Shown: piece by piece, positions 26,250-32,000 of the stretch | Layout of the letters: the number at the start of each line of letters is the position of its first letter | Position numbering within the stretch: position 1 is the stretch's first letter | Assembly (NCBI GenBank): GCA_025056965.1 | Contig: JANWVF010000033.1 | Span: forward strand, 3,750 to 35,749 | Length of the DNA: 32,000 bases | Origin: Thermoflexales bacterium | GTDB taxonomy: Bacteria; Chloroflexota; Anaerolineae; J036; Brachytrichaceae | Direction: 5' to 3' | The notes under the pieces: generated by a model | The model's database searches: none | Told to the model about the DNA's origin: nothing | What the model saw: only the letters and a program-made list of their open reading frames with translations | Translations under genes and position numbers: made by a program

Positions 26250-26669
26250 ATGGCTAGCAGACTCTACGTAGGCAACCTTGCCTATTCCACAACTGACGAA
26301 GGGTTGCGCAGCTTCTTCGCAGCTGCCGGCGAAGTGAAATCAGCGGAGATCGTGCTTGAGCGCGACAGCGGGCGCTCTAAAGGCTTCGGCTTCGTCGAGA
26401 TGGCCACCGAAGAAGGGGCGCAGAGAGCGATCACCACGCTCAACGGCAAGCTGCTCGACCGACGCCCGGTGCGCATAGACTTCGCCAAGCCTAAGGAAGA
26501 ACGCCCGCGCAGTGTAGGCGGCTACGCGCAGGAACGTCCGAACCGCTCCAGCAGCGTCAGCGAAAACCGCGGCAACGCGCGCGGGCGCGACCGCGACCGA
26601 GACCGCCGCAACGCTGATCGCGTCCGCGATCGCGACCGCCGCCGCGACGACTACTACGACGACTTCTAA
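26250..26669 (+). CDS. RRM-domain RNA-binding protein with Arg/Asp-repeat tail
   Basis: 139 aa with RNP2 LYVGNL and RNP1 KGFGFVEM. The C-terminal tail is RGRDRDRDRRNADRVRDRDRRRDDYYDDF. Confidence 0.9.
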   Translation: MASRLYVGNLAYSTTDEGLRSFFAAAGEVKSAEIVLERDSGRSKGFGFVEMATEEGAQRAITTLNGKLLDRRPVRIDFAKPKEERPRSVGGYAQERPNRSSSVSENRGNARGRDRDRDRRNADRVRDRDRRRDDYYDDF

Positions 26670-26692
26670 ACGGCGCAGCGCCTGATCTCGGA

Positions 26693-26725
26693 CAAGGAGC
26701 GGCTCTTAAAGCCGCTCCTTCGCTT
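26693..26725 (+). terminator. Rho-independent terminator after the RRM gene
   Basis: 11-bp perfect stem (26693-26703 / 26709-26719) with a 5-nt loop, followed by CGCTTTC. Confidence 0.65.
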
Positions 26726-26886
26726 TCAAGACGGGGGACGTCTCTTGCGGCGCGCAAGCGACGAGGGCGGTGTTGGCGTTCAACGTCAAGAGCATCGGGC
26801 TGTTGCCGGCCGGCTGCGCGCTGGACAGCAGAGGGGTAGGCGAACACTGCCTTCGCCTGCCTGCGACGAGGGTTAAAATCTCAGCC

Positions 26887-28347
26887 ATGACCGCCGAGCC
26901 CACCTTCGGCGATGTGCTGTCCGAGGTGCAGGGCGCGATTGCCGCGGGCAACTACGACCGCGCGATCGCGCTCACCGACAAGCTGTTGCTTGCCTACCCC
27001 GACGCGCTCAGCGTTTGGCGCGCGCGCGCGCAGGCCTTCAGCGCGTCCGGGCGGCCTTTCCAGGCGTCCGAGGCGTATCAGCGCGTGCTGGACATCGCGC
27101 CGGCCGACGTCAACGCGATGAAGGGTTTGGCATTGGCGTTGAGCGCCATGGGCAAACGCACCGAAGCCAAGCTGGTCGCCCAACAGGCGCTGGATTACGA
27201 GCCGGGAGACAAAGCGCTGCTGGCGATCGCTGCGCCATCTGATGGCGGCGACTCCGGCAGGTCGGACATCGGTGCGCGCCTGCGCGACGGCATGAACGAC
27301 GTGCAGGCCGGGCTGCTCGATCGCGGCATCGCGCGGTTGAAACAGGTCGCGGCGCACTGCCCGGATCGCGCGGACGTGTTAGCGTTGCTGGCGCATGCGC
27401 TCTGGCGGGCCGGACTGCGCGTCGCCGCCGCCGAGACATGCCAGTCCCTCTTGGACATACAGCCGGATTGCCTAAACGCGCACGCGCTGCTGCTGGCGCT
27501 CTGGAGGCCGATCGGCCCGCCCGGATTAGATCAAGCGCACCTGAGCGCCATCGCGCGCCTCGACCCCGATCACAGCCACGTGAAGGCTTTGCTCGGCGAT
27601 GATTCGCCCTTGGAAGTGGTGAGCGTGCCGGCTTTCCCCCCGTCGCCCATTCGACCGGCGCCCCGGGCATCCGAGGCGCTCGATCGCGAGGATTGGGTGG
27701 ACGATTTGATCGCTGCCGCTTCGTCCGCCCCACGGCCGCTAGAGCGCGACGATGTGCTCATCGCGTCGGCCTCGATCGGCCCGGCCGAGGCCGACGTCGG
27801 CGACGACGCACCTCAGGCGGACGACGCCGAGGCAATCGGCGAGGCGGATGCCTTCGCCGAATCGCTCATCCCCTTGGAGTGGGAAGAAGCCGAGGATTGG
27901 CCCGAAGAGCGCGGCGAGGTGGCGCCGGCGTGGCTCGCGGATCAGCCGGCCGGCTTCGTGCCGACCCGCTCCCCGCTTCGCGCGACGAACGCCGACGAGG
28001 GCGCGCCGACGCGCGTTGAGCCGCTGGAGTGGGAGGCGGGTGAATCGCCCACCGCCGCGCCGGCGTTTGAATCGCTGCCCTCGGCGGCCGACAAAGTCGC
28101 GGCGGCGCGCCGGGCGATCCAACAGGGGCGCTGGCAAGAGGCGGTCGGCCTTTACGAGAAGGTCATCGCGTCGCGCCGCGGGAAGGCGCTGGACGAGATC
28201 ATCGCCGACCTGGAGGCCGTGCGCGCGCTCCAGCCGGCGACGCGCGCCGTGCACGAGCTGCTTGGCCTGGCCTATGCCCGCAGGGGCGACGTGGACGCCG
28301 CGCTGGACGCCTACCACCGCGCGATGAAATTACTCGAGAGTGCGTAA
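26887..28347 (+). CDS. TPR-repeat protein with acidic central region
   Basis: 486 aa from ATG 26887. Repeated A..Y...L...P TPR-like helices at both ends. The central Asp/Glu-rich segment contains two PLEWE motifs. Confidence 0.8.
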   Translation: MTAEPTFGDVLSEVQGAIAAGNYDRAIALTDKLLLAYPDALSVWRARAQAFSASGRPFQASEAYQRVLDIAPADVNAMKGLALALSAMGKRTEAKLVAQQALDYEPGDKALLAIAAPSDGGDSGRSDIGARLRDGMNDVQAGLLDRGIARLKQVAAHCPDRADVLALLAHALWRAGLRVAAAETCQSLLDIQPDCLNAHALLLALWRPIGPPGLDQAHLSAIARLDPDHSHVKALLGDDSPLEVVSVPAFPPSPIRPAPRASEALDREDWVDDLIAAASSAPRPLERDDVLIASASIGPAEADVGDDAPQADDAEAIGEADAFAESLIPLEWEEAEDWPEERGEVAPAWLADQPAGFVPTRSPLRATNADEGAPTRVEPLEWEAGESPTAAPAFESLPSAADKVAAARRAIQQGRWQEAVGLYEKVIASRRGKALDEIIADLEAVRALQPATRAVHELLGLAYARRGDVDAALDAYHRAMKLLESA

Positions 28348-28399
28348 GCCCTCTCAGCTTGTTTTTGCCTGGCACTTACAAACACCTTAGGACGACACC

Positions 28400-28849
28400 A
28401 TGGAACGCACACTGATCATCATCAAACCCGACGGCGTGCAGCGCGCGCTGGTCGGCGAAGTCATCAAACGATTTGAAGCCCGCGGCCTGCGCATCGCCGG
28501 CCTGAAGCTCATGCAGATCTCGCGCGAGCTGGCCGAAGCGCACTACGCCGAACACAAAGGCAAGCCGTTCTTCGAGGGCACGGTGAAGTTCATCACCTCC
28601 GCGCCGGTCGTCGTGATGTGCCTAGAAGGGCCAAACGCCATCGCCGCCGCGCGCCAGACCATGGGCGCGACGCGCCCCAGCGAGGCGGCGCCCGGCAGCA
28701 TCCGCGCCGACTTCGGCCTGGACATCTCGCGCAACATCGTGCACGGCAGCGACGGCCCGGAGACCGCCGCGCGCGAGATCGCGCTTTACTTCAAGCCGGA
28801 AGAGCTGATCAGCTACCAACGCGCCGGGGACGTTTGGTTGAAGGAGTGA
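28400..28849 (+). CDS. ndk: Nucleoside-diphosphate kinase
   Basis: 149 aa. [12 protein letters not shown] and NIVHGSD (active-site His). Confidence 0.95.
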   Translation: MERTLIIIKPDGVQRALVGEVIKRFEARGLRIAGLKLMQISRELAEAHYAEHKGKPFFEGTVKFITSAPVVVMCLEGPNAIAAARQTMGATRPSEAAPGSIRADFGLDISRNIVHGSDGPETAAREIALYFKPEELISYQRAGDVWLKE

Positions 28850-28851
28850 GC

Positions 28852-30369
28852 TTGAAGGCTCGCACGCGCTTCGCGCCCTCGCCGACGGGAGAGCTGCATA
28901 TCGGCGGCGTCCGCACCGCCATCTTCAGTTGGCTGCTGGCCAAGCACACCGGTGGCGAGTTCTACGTGCGCATCGAGGACACCGACCAGGATCGCTACGT
29001 CCCCGGCTCCACGCGGCGCATCCTGGAATCGTTCGACTGGCTGGGCATCACCCTGGACGGCGGGCCGGACCACGAAGAGCTGCGGACGATGAAGACGGAC
29101 GAGGACTACCCCGGCGCGCTGGAGGACGGCGAATACAAGGGCGTGCCGGGGCCGTTCGTGCAGTCGCATCGCCTGCACCTATACAAAGAGTGGGCCGAGT
29201 GGCTGGTCGCGCACGGCTACGCCTACCGCGCTAACGAGACGCCGGAGGAGCTGCAGCGCATGCGCGAGGCGGCCCAAGCGCGCAAACAGACCTTCATCTT
29301 TCGCGAGGAGATGCGCCTGCGCACCGACGTGCGGCCGGATGAGCCCCACGTCATCCGCATGCGTGTCCTGCCGCGCGACGGGCGCACCGAGTTCGACGAC
29401 CTGATCAAAGGCCGCGTGAGCTTCGACAACGCTCAGGTGGACGACCAGGTGCTGCTGAAGATGGACGGCTTCCCGACTTACCACCTGGCGGTGGTGGTGG
29501 ACGACCATCTGCAAGGGGTGACGCACGTGTTGCGCGGTGACGACTGGCTGCCCAGCGCCCCCAAGCACGTGCTGCTCTATCGCTACTTTGGCTGGCCGCA
29601 GCCGCAGTGGGCGCACGTGCCCAACGTGCTGGGCACCGACGGCAAGAAGCTGAGCAAGCGCCATGGCGCGCAGAGCGTGTTCGAGTTCCGCGATCAGGGC
29701 TACATCCCCGAGGCGCTGATCAACTTCCTGGCGCTGCTGGGCTGGGCGCCCGGCGGCGGCGACGAGCAAAACGTCTTCACCCGTGAAGAGCTGATCGCCA
29801 AGTTCTCGATGGCGGGTGTGGGCAGCTCGCCGGCCGTGTTCGACTACAACAAGCTGGACTGGTTGAACGGCGTGCACATCCGGCGGTTGACGCCGGAAGA
29901 CCTGGCCGAGCGGCTGATCCCCTTCCTCGCCCGCGCCGGCATCGCCGTAGACACGCCGGAGCAGCGCGCGCTGCTGCTGCGCATCGTCCCGCACATTCAG
30001 GAGCGCATCAAGAAGCTGACCGACGCCGCGCCGCTGGTGGACTTCTTCTTCAGCGACATCCCGGCGCCGCCGGCCGAGATGCTGATCGGCCCCAAGATGG
30101 ATTGGCATCTCGCGCTGCGCGCGCTGCGCGAAACATGTCGCGTGGTGGAAACAGTAGCGCCGTTTGAGGACGCCCCGCTGGAGCAGGCCATGCGCGCGCT
30201 GTGTGAGGAGCTCCAACTGAAGCCGACGCAGCTGTTCGGCGTGGTGCGCAACGCCGTCACCGGCAAATCGGTCACGCCGCCGCTGTTCGCGACGATGGCC
30301 ATCCTCGGCCGCGAGACCTGCCTGCTTCGCCTCGACCGCGCCATCGCGCGCTTGCAGTCGAGCGCGTGA
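28852..30369 (+). CDS. gltX: Glutamate--tRNA ligase
   Basis: RFAPSPTGELHIGG (HIGH motif) and KLSKR (KMSKS motif). Start placed at TTG 28852, 5 nt after AAGGAG. The longer track ORF overlaps ndk out of frame. Confidence 0.92.
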   Translation: MKARTRFAPSPTGELHIGGVRTAIFSWLLAKHTGGEFYVRIEDTDQDRYVPGSTRRILESFDWLGITLDGGPDHEELRTMKTDEDYPGALEDGEYKGVPGPFVQSHRLHLYKEWAEWLVAHGYAYRANETPEELQRMREAAQARKQTFIFREEMRLRTDVRPDEPHVIRMRVLPRDGRTEFDDLIKGRVSFDNAQVDDQVLLKMDGFPTYHLAVVVDDHLQGVTHVLRGDDWLPSAPKHVLLYRYFGWPQPQWAHVPNVLGTDGKKLSKRHGAQSVFEFRDQGYIPEALINFLALLGWAPGGGDEQNVFTREELIAKFSMAGVGSSPAVFDYNKLDWLNGVHIRRLTPEDLAERLIPFLARAGIAVDTPEQRALLLRIVPHIQERIKKLTDAAPLVDFFFSDIPAPPAEMLIGPKMDWHLALRALRETCRVVETVAPFEDAPLEQAMRALCEELQLKPTQLFGVVRNAVTGKSVTPPLFATMAILGRETCLLRLDRAIARLQSSA

Positions 30370-30418
30370 TGGCGCGGGCATCCGGCGATGAAGCGAACCC
30401 TGTTCGCGCGCCGAAGCG

Positions 30419-32000
30419 CTATGGCCCAGCCTGGAAGGCGACGTCGTCCACCAGCCAGCTACTGATGCTCGAGAAGTCCGTCGTAGCTGCCAACTCCAGC
30501 AGCACCGACTGGCCGGCGTAGGCGCTCAGGTTGACCGAGGTCTGCACCCAGGTAGGGTAGGTGGCCGTGCTTGAGCAGAGCTGGATCGTCTGCACGACGA
30601 TGTTGTTCACTTTGACGTACGCGAAGTCGTAGTTACACAAATCGTTTGAGCTAATGTTGTGCCAGAAGCCGAGGTAAGGCGCGCTTGTTGGCACGGTCAC
30701 GGTCTGCTTGAGCGATGCATCGGCGTTGTTGAAGCCGCCGAACCAGGCCGCCCAACTGCCGCTGCGCGGCCCAGCCGGGGGCAGCTCGGACTGATTGCAG
30801 ATCAGGCAGAAGTCGGGGGGATAGTTGGAGGTGATCGTCCAGCCCACGTTCGGCCCTTGCTCAAAGCCGCCGTTGACCAAGCCGCCGGCCGAGGCCGTCT
30901 GCCGCCTCACGATAGGGAAGTAGGCGCGCTTATTCATGGGCGCGCTGTTCTGCGCGGCCTGGACGGCGGCCGCAGCGTTGACGATGCCGGCGCCGCAGAT
31001 AGTCGTGTCGCACGTGCTGCCGGTAGGGAAGGGCGTCGCCGTGGATTGCAGCAGGTTGAGCACCTGCGCCGGCGTGAGCGAGGGCTTGACCGAGAGCATC
31101 AACGAGGCGACGCCGGCTACATGCGGCGTGGCCATGCTCGTGCCTTTGTAAAAGGCATATGTGTGTGTCCCGGGCGTCGTCGTGCCGGCGTTCAGCGTGG
31201 ATAGCACGCCATCGCTGCCGCTCTCGCCGCCCGGCGCGCTGATCTCGACGTTGGTTCCGAAGTTGCTGTAGGACGCCTTGCTGCCCTGCCGGTTGGTGGC
31301 GGCGACGGTGATCACGTTGTTGCAGTTAGCAGGGACGAACCCGCTAGCGTTCAGGTTGCTGTTGCCGGCGGCGACCACTACGACGGCGCCGGCCGCCACG
31401 ACCTGGTTGATCGCGTTCTGCCAAGCCGACGTGCAGCTGCCGAATCCGCCTAGGCTGAGGTTAAGCACGCGGGCAGGGTTGGCGTTGGCAGGCACGCCGG
31501 ACACGCTGAGGCCGGCCGCCCAGCGCAGGCCATCAATGATGTCGGCGTCGGTGCCACCGCAGCGGCCCAGCACGCGCACCGGCAGGATCTGGGAGACCCA
31601 GTTGACCCCGGCCACGCCGGTGCTGTTGTTGCTGGCCGCGCCGATCGTGCCGGCCACGTGCGTGCCGTGCCATGAGCTGTTCCTCGGCCGATATGGGTCG
31701 CAGGTGTCGCTCATCGTCGTCCAGTCGCCCGGGTCGCTGGCATCGCTGTCGCGCCCGTTGCCGTCGTTGGCGGTGTAGGCGCTAGTGATGAAGTCGTAGC
31801 CCGGCACGGTGCGCCCGGCCAGATCGGGATGTCCGAAGAGGATGCCGGTGTCCAGCACGGCCACGACGATGCCCGCCGAGCCGGTGGTGATGTCCCAAGC
31901 CGTCGGCAAGTTGGCTCCATAGTTGCCGGGCGCGGGCGCGAAGTAGTGCCATTGTTGGCCGTACTGCGGATCGTTGGGCGTAAGCGCGATGAAGCGTCTT
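30419..32000 (-). CDS. Subtilisin-like S8 serine peptidase with extra C-terminal beta-rich domain (5' end outside window)
   Basis: Triad VAVLDTG / HGTHVAG / GTSMATPHVAG. The same frame stays open beyond the track's TTG at 31909 to the window edge, encoding ...NDPQYGQQWHYF...GANLPTAWD, a typical pre-catalytic S8 motif. Confidence 0.9.
   Translation of the reverse strand, partial: RRFIALTPNDPQYGQQWHYFAPAPGNYGANLPTAWDITTGSAGIVVAVLDTGILFGHPDLAGRTVPGYDFITSAYTANDGNGRDSDASDPGDWTTMSDTCDPYRPRNSSWHGTHVAGTIGAASNNSTGVAGVNWVSQILPVRVLGRCGGTDADIIDGLRWAAGLSVSGVPANANPARVLNLSLGGFGSCTSAWQNAINQVVAAGAVVVVAAGNSNLNASGFVPANCNNVITVAATNRQGSKASYSNFGTNVEISAPGGESGSDGVLSTLNAGTTTPGTHTYAFYKGTSMATPHVAGVASLMLSVKPSLTPAQVLNLLQSTATPFPTGSTCDTTICGAGIVNAAAAVQAAQNSAPMNKRAYFPIVRRQTASAGGLVNGGFEQGPNVGWTITSNYPPDFCLICNQSELPPAGPRSGSWAAWFGGFNNADASLKQTVTVPTSAPYLGFWHNISSNDLCNYDFAYVKVNNIVVQTIQLCSSTATYPTWVQTSVNLSAYAGQSVLLELAATTDFSSISSWLVDDVAFQAGP

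Noticed and set aside
26560-26650. Repetitive cgcgac/cgagac units, considered as a tandem DNA repeat or CRISPR-like array.
   Set aside because: They lie in frame within the RRM gene and simply encode the Arg/Asp dipeptide tail. There is no repeat-spacer periodicity.
28618-28851. Upstream extension of the gltX ORF overlapping ndk.
   Set aside because: It is out of frame with the well-supported ndk gene and Arg-rich. The GltX HIGH region begins a few codons after TTG 28852, which has a good Shine-Dalgarno sequence.

Overview
High-GC, gene-dense bacterial chromosomal segment. The taxon cannot be fixed from this window alone; the gene content would fit a Chloroflexota-like or other high-GC lineage. 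Most of it is ordinary housekeeping or metabolic coding sequence: rplL, a FemAB-family transferase, tpiA, rplI, lpdA, a transglutaminase-like membrane protein, two Gfo/Idh/MocA oxidoreductases, an LLM flavin/F420 oxidoreductase, tkt, nnr, a HAD-IB hydrolase, a Sir2 deacylase, an aldo/keto reductase, an ALDH7-type dehydrogenase, a divergent csoR / copZ-copA copper module, an RRM RNA-binding protein, a TPR protein, ndk, gltX and a 5'-truncated S8 peptidase. By eye I found no rRNA, tRNA or CRISPR array. Many long ORFs in the track are antisense or out-of-frame artefacts of the high GC content. The stand-out is a 1392-bp insertion (4990-6381) in a visibly lower-GC patch. It is bounded by imperfect terminal inverted repeats (52/62 identical in the outer 62 bp, with weaker homology to about 120-130 bp). 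It is flanked by a direct duplication of TGACTAAG, the footprint of a transposition event. It encodes no recognisable transposase. Its only convincing genes are a 175-aa HNH (His-Me finger) nuclease with a C-terminal coiled coil and a 108-aa leucine-zipper protein, co-oriented and 39 bp apart. It lies between a strong hairpin and the rplI promoter. Secondary points are a long promoter-proximal leader upstream of the RRM gene (whose product has an Arg/Asp-repeat tail), a single palindromic candidate CsoR operator between divergent promoters, and a 7.2-kb run of tightly packed co-directional genes downstream of copZ-copA.
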